Source: Rotaria socialis
Lineage: Eukaryota
Length of the DNA: 64,000 bases
Direction of reading: 5' to 3'
Assembly (NCBI GenBank): GCA_905331295.1
Contig: CAJNYD010000548.1
Span: forward strand, 1 to 64,000
Below the pieces are notes generated by a model. That model saw only the letters and a list, made by a program, of their open reading frames with translations. It was not told the DNA's origin and ran no database searches. This document shows, in pieces, positions 13,364 through 25,818 of this stretch. The position numbers and the translations under genes were made by a program. Positions within the stretch are counted from its first letter, which is position 1; each line of letters opens with the position of its first letter.

Positions 13364-14553
13364 ATTTTGGATCCACCCACACACATTGCACATGAATAAA
13401 ATATCTATTAGGGAACTGTAGTCTCATGGTTTTGTAGATTCCGACTGAGAACCTGAGATAAGCTAAACTGATCTGCCGGGGTTTGGGGGTTCAAGCGTTT
13501 CAGTTTCCTAATTGTTATAGTACATGAAATACTTCTATAGCGGTAATTCCTCAAGGCTATTCAGATCAAAATTGTCATTTTTGTCCTCTTGCGTTCAAAT
13601 TTGAGTGATGGCATTATCACATTATACGTTGTAATGAGTTTTACCATAATTGTAACTCACAAGAAATTACTCAAAGCTGACTGTACATTGTGCTGGAACA
13701 GATCGAAAGGAAAAATATCAGAAAAAGCTATGTCTTCAGTAATGGTGACTCTAATCAAGAAAAGCTCATTGAAGTTTTTATTATAATTCTAGTAATCTAG
13801 ATTTATAACCAGTAGCAACAGTGATGAATAAAACTTGATATAAATTAACCAAAATCATTGAAGAAAGACCTACTTTATTACTAAAATTCTAGGTACATAT
13901 TCGCACTGATTGGTACGATTTAAGTGTACAGTACTGCATGATGGTGAGAAAGCTATGACTAAAATGAATCAGTACCAGATAATATTGTCATAGCTACAGT
14001 CGCAATGTCTTCATTGCGCTTAATTGAACCGAAATCTTTAGCTATTCCATTTGTAAAATTGCTACAAGGTGATGAGAATCATTTTCATGATTTACGTGTT
14101 CAGTTTAGTGCCAGTTGAGGAGCAAGCGAAAAGTACTTACAAAAATTACTATTCAATGGCGTATGGATCATAATGGCGAATGATATTATGATTGGTGTCC
14201 TAAATGCTGTAGAATATTTACTTCATTTATCATTTCCAGTTGGTAAAATAAAACAGTCATATTGAAATTTTTTTTCTCTTTACTTGCATTTGAGCTGTGT
14301 TAGAATCTTAACATTATTCCATGCAATAGCGCATGCCTTTCTCCAGTTAGCATTCTCAAAAAAACATTTGGAAAGTTTATACGTCGATATTTTGCTTTTC
14401 GACGTTTTTACGCCCAGTTGGTCACACTGCTTGCAGAAATTTCATATAATAGCCACCAATTATGTTAATCCCTCTAAATATGATTTTACCCTAAAGGTTG
14501 CGGAATTTGAGTTGTTTTGTTCTCTTATTCTAATGCACAATGACTTGAATACA

Positions 14554-14886
14554 ATAAGATATAAGTAAGAGTTCTTAAAGGATGCCTTAATATGGTAGTG
14601 GCATGAGTAAGGTAATCAGAATCATCAATGACGATATCCGAAATTATCTCTGAAGATTCTAGTTGTAACGATTAATAAGACTCAGTTGAGTCTATATCGT
14701 AATGACAAACTGGATAGAGGTGGAGTAGCTTACCGCTACTCTAGGTAATGATGTTTATTCGTTTATTCACATATCNATAAGATATAAGTAAGAGTTCTTA
14801 AAGGATGCCTTAATATGGTAGTGGCATGAGTAAGGTAATCAGAATCATCAATGACGATATCCGAAATTATCTCTGAAGATTCTAGT
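14554..14886. other. Scaffold join: N at 14776 with an exact 110-bp duplication
   Basis: 14554-14663 is identical to 14777-14886, and the second copy starts immediately after the N. Confidence 0.9.
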
Positions 14887-15594
14887 AATATGCTATAAGT
14901 AAGTCCGTGGATACTAAGACCATGTCTCAAGATAGTAGAAGTTCATATTCGGATGGTGCAAGCATTCCCAAGGAAGCCAGCAGCATGCGTGGTAATGCTG
15001 TGATTTACCTGATGATAGTAGCGGTATAAATGCAAATACCAGTAGCATTCCTCTGGATGCTTACTTTATGGCTGGAGATTCAGGAATCATCAATCAGTCT
15101 TCTAGGATTTTCAGCGATCGTACTGGCAACTTGCGTCATGCTTCTGTCCTCTTTAGCTATGATTCCATAGCCCCAAAACATTCGACCATGTTTCCTGGGC
15201 ATGATTCCAAGCATCGCCAGGCATGCTTTTCATTTCGCTTGGTATGTCTGTCGCATCACCAATAATGTTTCTTGCTCCCTCAGCGATGCCTGCAAGATTG
15301 TCAGAGGTTCGTGTAGCGTACTCAGCGATGATTGTAGCCTGTCTATCAAGTGGGGATCTCCGGCACCTGACTTTTTGATAATAACTCTTTCTGCTCCCCA
15401 GCCTCGGTTCCTTCCTCAGTTGCAATTAAACATGTATTGCTTCTCTCTGTGATTTTGCTTCAACAAAAAGTCATCTTTTGATTATCTGTGCGATTGATTG
15501 AGTATATATATATATATATATTTAGTTAATGCCAATTGTTACGACCAAAGTGTTCCCCTTCAATCTTAAGGCGGAACAAACGAATAATACACGC

Positions 15595-15665
15595 TCCTTT
15601 CTAGTATAGTGTTAGTACAGCTGCCTGGAAAGCAGAAGACGTTGGTTCGACTCCATTGGAGGAAG
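15595..15665 (+). pseudogene. tRNA-derived sequence (pseudo-tRNA or repeat head) with Asp/His-like body and GGA anticodon
   Basis: A-box TAGTATAGTG-TTAGTAC; anticodon arm CTGC-CTGGAAA-GCAG; short variable loop; B-box GGTTCGACTCC. The acceptor and T stems contain mismatches. Confidence 0.75.
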
Positions 15666-16913
15666 ATTATCGTTTTGTTCCGTTCTTTTGTCATACCATC
15701 ACGTTGCTGTCTCGCTGATAACTGAGTTTAATAATGTGAGAGAAACGAATACATAGTACCAATGATTTGAATAAATTAGCAATAACAGTAAGTCTTTATA
15801 CGCATGTACTAGATCTAAAAGCAATGTAAGCAACTTTTGTCCTGCTCCAATATTTTTTCAGGTGTATTTCTTCCGTATACAGAATCCTCTAAGAGCGCGC
15901 ATTTTTTTTGACTAATGCAGGATCCCAATAAATGGTTTTCAATCAGTGTTTGCTCAAGCATCACTTCAATGGTATATAAATTTCGAAAATGCCGAAGTAC
16001 GACTACTTTTAGAAGAGATATTGAGGCTAGTCACGCGATTGAAGAAAAATGATCTTGCACATATGCAGTGTCTTCAGAATCATTAACCAAAAGCCAAACC
16101 GTTGGCTCTAAGCTGAAACAAAATAATAAATATGAAAATATAGCGAATAACTCTTTGAGCAAAACGTCTACCAGAGCTACGTTTTCAAGTGATTACTCCC
16201 GGTCCATGAAAATTAACAACAAATATTCCAAAATTCTATCCCCACAGGATCGAAACCAGTTTTCAGATCCATATGACCGATGTTTGTAGCTTCCACAGAG
16301 ATGTTTTTTATTCTCATGCATCCTGGAACCATTCTTTGGCATAATTCTAGCATCCTCATAGGTACCTCTCAGAGATGCGTCTGGTGTCAGCAGTCATACT
16401 TCTTCAATTCTCAGATAAACGTATGATTGCCCAAAGAATGCTACTAGTATCCTCAGATATTCCTCTAGGACCGAAGCCACTAAGAAAAATACATTGAAGA
16501 AGCTCAACTTCGCAATTCTTAGAGTATGTACTTGATTGGAAAGAACGAAGGGAGATCGATTGGTTTCGGTGCTTATGAGTAGAGATGAATGCTCTAATTT
16601 TGTTACTTTAATGGTATCTTCACATTGACGTCTCGATACATCGTATATGGACATTCTGACATCTAAGCTTTATAAATGGCTCCTTATTGTATTTCTGGAG
16701 GATTACTTATAAGAATAGTGAAAAAATATGTTCCAGCACACAGTCTTTGTATGATCGCTAACATATACTATATTTTATTGAAAAATGTATGCGATCATAT
16801 TTTCCCAACGGGGGAGGGGGACCTGATTGTCTGATTGCCTAGATTGTCATTGATTGCCTTTGATTGTCTGTAGTTTTAAGTAGTTTTTAATACTTAGAAA
16901 TATGGGAAACGTC

Positions 16914-17834
16914 TTTTTGTGTACTCAAAAAGTGAGTACGCTCTAGAATCGGTCAGTGTGTCCGGCCGTCCGTTTACACGATAGCTTTCGAAAGGAGAGT
17001 TAGATCATGATGAAATTTTCTACACAGTTCAGCCTCATCAATGTCTCAGTCGAGTTCGAAGATGAGAAGGATCCGTCAAGAAATGGTTGAGTTATCGAAA
17101 AAATTGTCATTATTGACCGGACAATCCCTGAGGGGGAGTACAGGGATTTTTCAAAAAAACCTTTTTTCTCAGAATTATCCACAACATATTTAAATCGACC
17201 CAGTTTTTAACGCTGATTTTGAATCTGATATTAGTTTTGAAAAAAATCGTAGTTTTTTAACGAAACATTGACTGAAAAAGGTCTCAAAATACACAAAAAC
17301 TACATCTAGAAACCAAATTGCCTAGATATGTCTCAGATGACCAGCAGTTTGGGAGCTTCCTTCTCAAATGCCTGGTTTTGTTGCTAGTCAAAAGGACTAT
17401 CGAAAGGTAAAAGCCCGAACTCGATAGCTATTACTATTGATGATTTATTATGAAAATACTGATGCCTGTATCTATCATATATCTCTGATAAATTCATGAG
17501 GTTGCTTACGATCGTAATCCTGCTAGATACAAATACAAAACCATTCAAAAATAACTGTTTTCATCCAGTTTTCGAAGCTGAACACGAATCTGAGCTCAAT
17601 TTCTGTGATCTCTAAAGATATTATATCATGCTGAGAGTAGAGTCAGTGTTCACTGGATAGAGTTGCATACAGTGTGGTCCATGCTAACTTAGCATGCCTG
17701 TATTTTCTCCTTGTAATTTAACGAGAAGGGATGTATCTTGATGAGATCTATGTCTTATAGAAAAAAATGGATGTACATTTTCGCTTTTTGAAGTACACAT
17801 AACAATCGGATGCAAATCCGATGTTTCCGCATTT
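16914..17834 (+). mobile_element. Helentron-associated (HINE-like) element, copy 1
   Basis: 5' TTTTTGTGTACTC-AAAAAGT-GAGTAC stem-loop and GTCCG repeats; subterminal inverted repeat CGCTTTTTGAAGTACACA (~17782-17799); 3' palindrome CGGAT..ATCCG. Homologous to 60655-61188 but carries extra internal sequence at ~17330-17780. Confidence 0.7.
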
Positions 17835-17997
17835 ATTTCTTCGTGATTTTGAAAAGATCGTTAGGTGTAGAAATTCTGCAAATATTCAATAATATAGTAT
17901 ACCGCATTAGTTCCTATTATATCTATATCTATACCGATATATAAATCAATTTTCATATTAATTAGCTTTTTCTTGTTTATCTTTCGTCTAATAAGCA

Positions 17998-20137
17998 TCA
18001 TTGAACTAGTGTTAAGGATGAAGCTTTCTTACGACTACGTCGTATTTTCTGTTGAAATATCATAAAAATATGTTTAAAAGCACGACTCATAACACAATAA
18101 CATAGTGGATTAATAGTTGAATTCGATAAAGAAAATAATTGAAATATTGGATTAACATAAAGAACAAGAAACATATTCTTATCTGTATTTTTTACATATA
18201 ATGATTGAGCAGCTCCTTGATCTGGATCATATTCTAATTTAGTTCTATTTTTATATGCATCTTCCGGAATATATGTATCAGATGTTATATCAATATAAAT
18301 TGATAAAATATTTAATGGAAGTCTTGTAATAAAAAAGACAATGACTTAAAATAATAAAATATAAGATTATTATTTTATTTATGAAAATACAAAAGACATT
18401 TTTTTTACCCAAAGTAATGAGCAGTTTAACAACTCGACGACGACTTTGTAAAAATCGACTTGCATGTTCAAAATCAAAAACTGCTCGTCGTTGTTGATTA
18501 GTTCCATTTATATTTCGAGTTTGACTTGGTAGTGATGCACAACTTGAACGAATCATTCCGTTTGCATATTGTGTTACTGAATGTCTGGGACATGTCGATA
18601 TTGATCTTTCTTGGGTGGTTAATTTAAACACATTTGTATTAGATTTAGAATTACTTTCACTAAAACGTCTGGACATAATATTCGATGAATACCGATTGGT
18701 ATTATGATCATTTAGTATTGTACTTAATCGTTGTCGATTTGGCATTAGTGATGAACGACATTCATCTGATGGTACTTGACTAAAAAGATTATTTTCATTT
18801 GTTTTATGATGATGAGCAACTAATGATCGAGTATTTTGTGCAGAATTCGTTCGAATATCTATTGGAAAATCTTCTGAAATAGTTGAACAACGTGCGGCAT
18901 TGGTTGTTGTTGATGATAATGGTGTTTGAACATTTGAATCAATAAACCATAGAGAAAAACTTATATGAACATAGCAATACGTCATCAATGTTAATGGTAA
19001 TATAAAAAGAACAAACAGTAGAATAAAACCATAGGCTAATCGAGCGTTCATATTTTGATCCCAGTCTTCAGCGCATGCGGTTAATATTATTTCAAATGGA
19101 TCGACTATTCGATGATGTAAAATAAGTGGAATCATTATGACAAATGCTATTTATAGAATATAGAATGTAAATTGAGTTTTAGAAATTTTACATACAAACA
19201 ATCCAGATCATACCAACAGTAATTAGTACTCGTATTGGAGTACAAAGTAATTTTGAATGTATTGGTTTATGAATAGCAATGAAACGATCAATACTGACTG
19301 AGAATTAGAAGAAAAACAACTTAATAAAAAATTTTAAAAATTTCACTTCTCAAGTACTCACCAGCCATTAATGTAAAAATCGAGACAGCTACTGATGTAC
19401 CTAGTATTATTTTTGGTTTTGTTTTAAGAGAATAAAAGAATCTCTATCAATTCTATGTATAATTAGAAGTCGAATAAATACAACATTCATAAGACTCAAG
19501 AGAATTCCTGTCATTCAGTTGAAACAAATGATAATTAGTTTATATTATTTAAATATGAGTGAAACTAATTTTCGGCTACTGTTCTACTACAGAAGATTGC
19601 AATTTTTGTTCAAACATTGCTACCGAGTTAAAATATGACAGACACGTCTTTAGCTATATCTGTGAACGCAAAAGTCAGATATGAATTCAATTAATTTTGT
19701 TTCAGACATAAGTTAATTACTATTTTACTTATAGAATACTTGTAGAGAATTTTTACATTTGCACTTCAATATTCTATGTGAAACTGCTATTTTTACCTTG
19801 CATAAATGGTACAAATCGACAAAGAAATTCTCCAAATATCCAACGTTTATCATAATAAGGATATACAGTTGGTGGTAAACAAATAAGTGTTGTAATAAGA
19901 TCTGATACAGCCAGATTGAGCAAAAACCCGATTTGTTAATGCACGCATACGTCGACGTTTTATAATTATAACAATGACTAATATATTTGCGATGAAACCA
20001 ATTAGAAATATAATTGCATAAGCAAAAAATAGAATAAATGAAAATAAGAAAGATGTATGTGCTTGAACAGTTTTTATCCAAAATAAACTTGGTTGGTAAG
20101 AATAATTATGATTAATTTGAAATTTCTGTGACATCAT
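17998..20137 (-). CDS. Rhodopsin-family neuropeptide GPCR (orexin/allatotropin-receptor-like), 5 coding exons, one 1-bp frameshift
   Basis: TM1 GFIANILV; RMRALTNR[+1 G]FLLNLAVSDLITTLICLPPT; WIFGEFLCRFVPFMQG; SIDRFIAI; FILPLTLMTYCY; long ICL3; RRRVVKLL; TM7 NSTINPLCY. Exons ~20137-19797, 19400-19362, 19297-19196, 19146-18409, 18344-17998. Confidence 0.88.
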
Positions 20138-20679
20138 AAATCTACATTGTAATAATGAAATGAATAGACAAAAGAAAATATGGAAAATGAAAAAATAATC
20201 TAATAATTAATAAAACAAAACGATTAATCATCAATTCACTGAAGTGAAAACCTGAATAGTCTTAGCATTTCTCAATATTCATCCTGTTTGTGATCATTCA
20301 TTGTTGTATAGAACGAAACTAATGGATGAAATGAAGAAATCGGTGATCATTCAGCCAAATGATTGAATCCACGAAGACGAAGAAGAAAGAAAAATCTTCT
20401 GAATAAAAGTTTTACGAATTTTCTATCGGTTTCCATATACAACAAAACAAAGAGTTCTAACTTATAATTACGAAGTTTTCTATGACAAACACTTAACTAA
20501 ACTCATAAAAAGAAAGAAAATTTTACTTTCTCGTAGTTTTTTTCTTACACTCTGGTTGAAAGTTACATTAACATCTATTAAATGTATCTATATGAACGTT
20601 GATAAAGTCAAAATCTTAAAAATGCTTTTGAAATTCTATATTTTATTCATTAGAAGAAAAAACAGATGCTATGATGAAA

Positions 20680-21328
20680 GGATTACTCTCGGATCGTCCC
20701 CAATTGGTCCCCTCCGCACTAATTGACTCTCAATTCGTCCCCTACAAAATTCGCACTAATTGATGACTAATTTGATAAACAGATGATTTCCAACAATCAG
20801 CTGTTTTATTCAAGAGTAAAAAAAGGAACAAGAAAAAACAAAAGAAAGAAGAAAAAAAATCATTTAACAAGTTTTGTCTTCAACGCGCGTCCGCATTTAA
20901 TCGCGAGTTGCATATCAATGATCAATCCACCGTTATGGTCATTTAGAAGGAGCTCAAGATTCTCGTCAATAGCATCGTTCACCTTCTTTCGTTTGCGTAG
21001 GTGAACTTCCGACTTTTCGGACTGGTGATGCTGGTATTCGTTCTCTTCAAGCAATAATTTGATCAAGTTGAAGATGTAAATAGTAGCATTTCTCAGAGCG
21101 TAGAGAATGTCAGTAGTGAAAATAATACACTACTAAGAAAGCACATCATATATAGATATATGCAGAGTGCTCTATGCAGCAATCAATTTTCTTATTGATG
21201 GCTATTATTTTTATATTTGTTTCAAATTGTTTCTAGACAGGGATGGCCTACTTGAGGGGACGAATTGAGAGTCAATTAAGGGGGGACGAGTTGAGCTAAT
21301 TGGTAATGAGGACCAACCGAGAGGATCC
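20680..21328 (-). mobile_element. Internally deleted MULE-like DNA transposon
   Basis: Perfect subterminal inverted repeat AATTGACTCTCAATTCGTCCCCT / AGGGGACGAATTGAGAGTCAATT with imperfect termini. The internal minus-strand remnant (20860-21066; LRKRKK...LAIKCGRALKTK) resembles a transposase C-terminus (inference). Confidence 0.6.
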
Positions 21329-23149
21329 CCTTATGTTACGTTTCATTTCCTATACAAGTCGAGTTTTCTCAAATAAAAAACGCTATTCTTTCATGTCTTA
21401 CTGTTCACAATGAAAATAATAATGATACTTCTCTTTTGTCAATGTTGTCGCGTCTTCTTTCGCACTCATTCTTTTCTCCGTTCGCACTCAAAAAACAAAA
21501 AAAAACACAAGTCTGCTACTCATACGCGATTCATAGTCATTCGTCATTTTATTTCCGATTCGTATCTATATGTAAATATCAACATGTCAACATTTTACAA
21601 CAGTCCAATTGTTTTTTTCTGGTGTCAACTTGATATTTCAATTTTTGCCTTTCAAAAATTTCTTTCTTTTTGTGACATGGAAAAAAACACGAACAGAACT
21701 TCGCATATCTCTATAAAAATCACCTGAATACATTGACTTTTGGCAGAATAATTATTAGAGAAAATTTGAAAAAATAGAGTTCATGCAGGAATGTAGTCAT
21801 GTAACCATAGATGCGTGAGACATATTACAGCATGCAAATGAGTAATAAATTCATGCTGAAAGATTCAGATCAGAGTCCTACGTTTATTAATCGTGTGTAT
21901 TGTATATAAATAAACTACGACGTATGAAGAATAATAAAAAAATGTAATGAATTCCTGTTGAAAACAAATTTTATCTAGATGAGTGGAATTTTCCTTTTTG
22001 AACTCATATATATTTAATGACGAACATACATATTTTATTGTCGAAAATTCAAATATTATTTATATGTTTATTATCGATGTACTGAATAATCAAAAGAAAA
22101 CGTAATTATTTAAAAGATTTTGATGAAGTTTCTATTTTAACAAGCTCTAACTATGCCTTTATACAGATTTGTTTTCGGCATTTTTAGCTTTCAAATGAAA
22201 ATATACTATTTGTGTGTCACTGTTTTGGTTTTTATGAAAACAAAATACAACACATAATAACTACATATAAGTTAGGACGATGAAAATTCTGGAGTCTACT
22301 ATCATTTGTTAATTAAATATTAGCAGGAAGTTGAAAAATTCAACATTTAAATTACATTGTTGAAGTTAGTTAAACTATTTTCAAATTCTACTGTTTCGTA
22401 TTTGAGTTTTAAAAAAAAATAATTATTAGATATTTCCTTTTTTATTGCAACCAAAACTCGTTATAGCTAAAAACACAATAACGCATTGATTCATTTCGTA
22501 TTTTGAGGATTCTATTTCAATTGGCTTTGATCACATTTAGGTCAAACATGATTCAGAGTAGTTTTTCTACTACAATGATCAGTTCAATTAACGTCAACTG
22601 TGATGTTACATTTAGCTAAAAAATAGTATTCAACGGTATTCTTATTTCTTTAATTTAAGGATCTCATCTCAGTCAGTTCAAAGACTAATTAAAACAGAAA
22701 TTTTAATAATTAATGTACAAAGCCACATAAAAATTTGTCTAAATAATAGCTATTTAAAAGGATCAATATTTCCATTGAAAAACAAAAACATCTATTTGGT
22801 TAATCATACGTATCTTATTTTGAGAATCTGAATAAGTGATAAAAATTAGAATTAGATATTTTTTATGCATTGAAAACACGAAAATTGATTAACAAGTTCG
22901 AATTCATAGTCTCATATTTTTCAAAATATTTCTTTGTCCTCAGAGCAACAAAAAAAGAAAAGAAAATTCATATTCGCCAGTTCTGCTGGAATTTTTTGTA
23001 TGTTCACACACTTACTAATCTCTAAAGTTCATCACTGTTGCTCGGCTGCAGAATTTTCTTCAGTGTACATAACTTCATTTAATGTTGTGTTGACTGCTTT
23101 TTGTTTCGCTTTTTTCTACTTCATTTTACAGAATACAAGTTGTGCAAAG

Positions 23150-24699
23150 ATGGATACTGATACCGAACGATCACGCTTGCACACAGCAAGTCGTTTTGGA
23201 CAATTATCAAGAAATATGTTCTTTGCACGACATGTTCCTCAACCAAAGTATCTAAAATTCATTACTGGTAATTTTTTTATTTTTATCAGATAATTTTTTT
23301 TTTCATTAAATATAAACAATCTAGGAACTGCCGGTGTCAAAGTATGTCACGTACGTGATGATGTACCACATTTACCAACACATCCAACAGGTGATATAGC
23401 TAAGTCGTTACTATCTGATCCACGTTTTACTATTGAATTTCCACCGAATTCCTATAATGAGGCTTTGCTTCGCTCTTATGCAGAAAAACTTCAACCAAAA
23501 CAGCGTCGAGAACGATTTCTTCCTCCTATTCAAAGTTGGAATTCATCTGGAGCAGTATGTTAAATATTTGATTTTTTAAATAGTTCAATAGTTATGTTTC
23601 TGTTTTTGTTTTTGTAAATTTATAGGTAGGTATGTATCATTAAAACTAACTATTAGACTTTCTTCTCATATTACAACTTAGTTGAAGATTCAGAAAATTG
23701 GCGACGCGAACTTTCACGTATAGCTGAAACGGTTGGTTTAGTAACAACTGAAGAATTAGCAGAAATTGAACATAAAAAAGAATCAACATATTCACCATTA
23801 CGAAGAAGTTCATCGCAAAGAACTAATGGTGAATATAGCCAAAGAACTGGCCGATGGAATGAAACACCTCGAACATTAAACCGTAGTAAATCATTACGTG
23901 GACGAACGCCACTCTCATCGCTTGTACCTAATCATTTATTTTGTGTTGACGAACAAGAACGAGAGCTGTGGGTAAGAAAATATGGTTTTACTCTTTCATT
24001 TTTTCTTTTTTTTTCGTCTCAAACAAAATAAATCATGTTTTTATTATTTTCTTTAGATGCTTCAAGTACTCTGTCAAATTTTAAAAACTCAAGATGTGAA
24101 TGACGTACAATCATGGCTTGTTTCATCAAATTCAAGTGGTTTGTTTAGAGTTTCTTTTGATTGTGATACAACTCCTATTCACATTATATATCTATCTATT
24201 AGAAAAAGAAACTGTACGTCAATTAATCACATCAGCTATTAAAGGACTAGAAGAGAGTGGACGTATTCAACCAACTGCTTATTTTATAGAAAGTACTAAA
24301 TCTATTCAAGCCAATCAAGATACATTTGATTCATTTATGACAACAAAGTAATGGAATTATAAAGAGAACTTTTTCTTTTACAAAAGTTTATCAATATTTA
24401 GATTTCCGAGTGCATCCTTAAATGAATCTTTATCTTCAAATCGTGAAACTACCCCAAAAACGAGCTCTCGTCCTCGAACATCTCAAACACTACCAGCAAC
24501 AAATGATTTTCATGCTAAGCAAAATCGAGGGTTTCACACGAATCTTGATTCAATCGATGAAGAAAAATTTGCAAAATCCAATGTATCACAACCAACTAAA
24601 ATTGATGGTAAACGGGATATACAAGTTTTGACATTGAATGATGATGGAAATAATAATCTCCAATCAACACATAGAGCAAACGATGAAGCACCATTCTAA
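23150..24699 (+). CDS. TBATA: TBATA/SPATIAL-family protein
   Basis: RFGQLSRNMFFARHVPQP...VCHVRDD and ELWMLQVLCQILKTQDVNDVQSWL...EKETVRQLITSA match the two conserved TBATA blocks. Six exons, stop codon at 24697-24699. Confidence 0.72.
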
Positions 24700-25818
24700 A
24701 TCATGTTCATCATATAATAACACTTGCACTAAATTTTATTATTATTAATTCAAATAAATAAGTGATCTATTAATGGGAAACTCATTGCATTCTTTGTTTT
24801 GAAAATATTTATTAAAATGTTTCTAAAATTATAGTTAAATCCATTGTTAGTCACGTTTATTATATCAAACATATACTGAGTATGTATAGGTTGGTAACAT
24901 CCTACTTTCAACATGAACAATCTATATTACAGTAGAAGTATAGCAAAAACTTAGATAACGAAAACGTTTGCAAGACAAGTTCTTTAATGGAGAGAATTGT
25001 TTTCTGGATAATTTTACTTGAGTGATATAGATCTGAATGAACTAAGATTAGTTCGAAAATATTTCGCGTCGTTTCGTATTGTTGCAAAGACATCGTAACT
25101 TTGTCCTCTTTTAGATTGTCGGTATATTTATTAATGATGGCTAATGACACGAATTGATAACATAAAAGTTTGAACATGAACGAAGAAAGAATATGAATAT
25201 AAATATATTGAAATGTAATCATAGACAACAGAGAGAAAAATAGGAAGGATGATAATACAAAACAATCTATTCTATGTGTATAAATACCAAGCGTAAACTC
25301 AAACGTACCTTATTCTTGTACCGTCACATCGTTCACTTATTTCAGATATATTAGAAAAAGACATTTCTTCGGTTTCAAACTTCGTTAAGGAAAAACTCTA
25401 AGTGAGGGCAGTTTATGAGAGCGATATATTAACAAGTTAGAGAATTACTACAAAAGAAAAAAGTTGAAAATTTCTACTAGTAAATAAAATGTATACTTAT
25501 AAATTGTGAAAATCGAGTTAGTTTCTTCTATTGTAACAACGAATGCCTTATTCTAGTATCTTGCTAATAGTTTTCTTTTTCTATAATTTCTATAAACAAT
25601 ACTGAAGTCATTTTCCTACTAAGTCAATTCAGTCAAATCTACGATACAGGTAAAATGACGAACAACGACGCCATCTGTCGTTTGAATTTCAGAAATCTAA
25701 TTTGTTAAAACATTACCATTCATACTTCTCCAAGAATATTTATTTATTTTAACACATAGACAGGCAGAGAAAAAAAACTCGCTGACGTGGATTCGAAATT
25801 GACTTATTCATTTGAAAA

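Noticed and set aside
13061..13400. CAG|GCA ACA just before the MITE and (A)TTT TGG ATC after it could be the missing Nav ATF(K/E)GW exon disrupted by the insertion
   Set aside because: The acceptor is weak, the K/E-G codons are absent and the downstream sequence has no similarity to the DIII P2 helix or S6; probably chance.
14554..14886. 110-bp direct repeat as LTRs or a biological duplication
   Set aside because: The second copy starts exactly at the N and is identical, which is typical of contig overlap.
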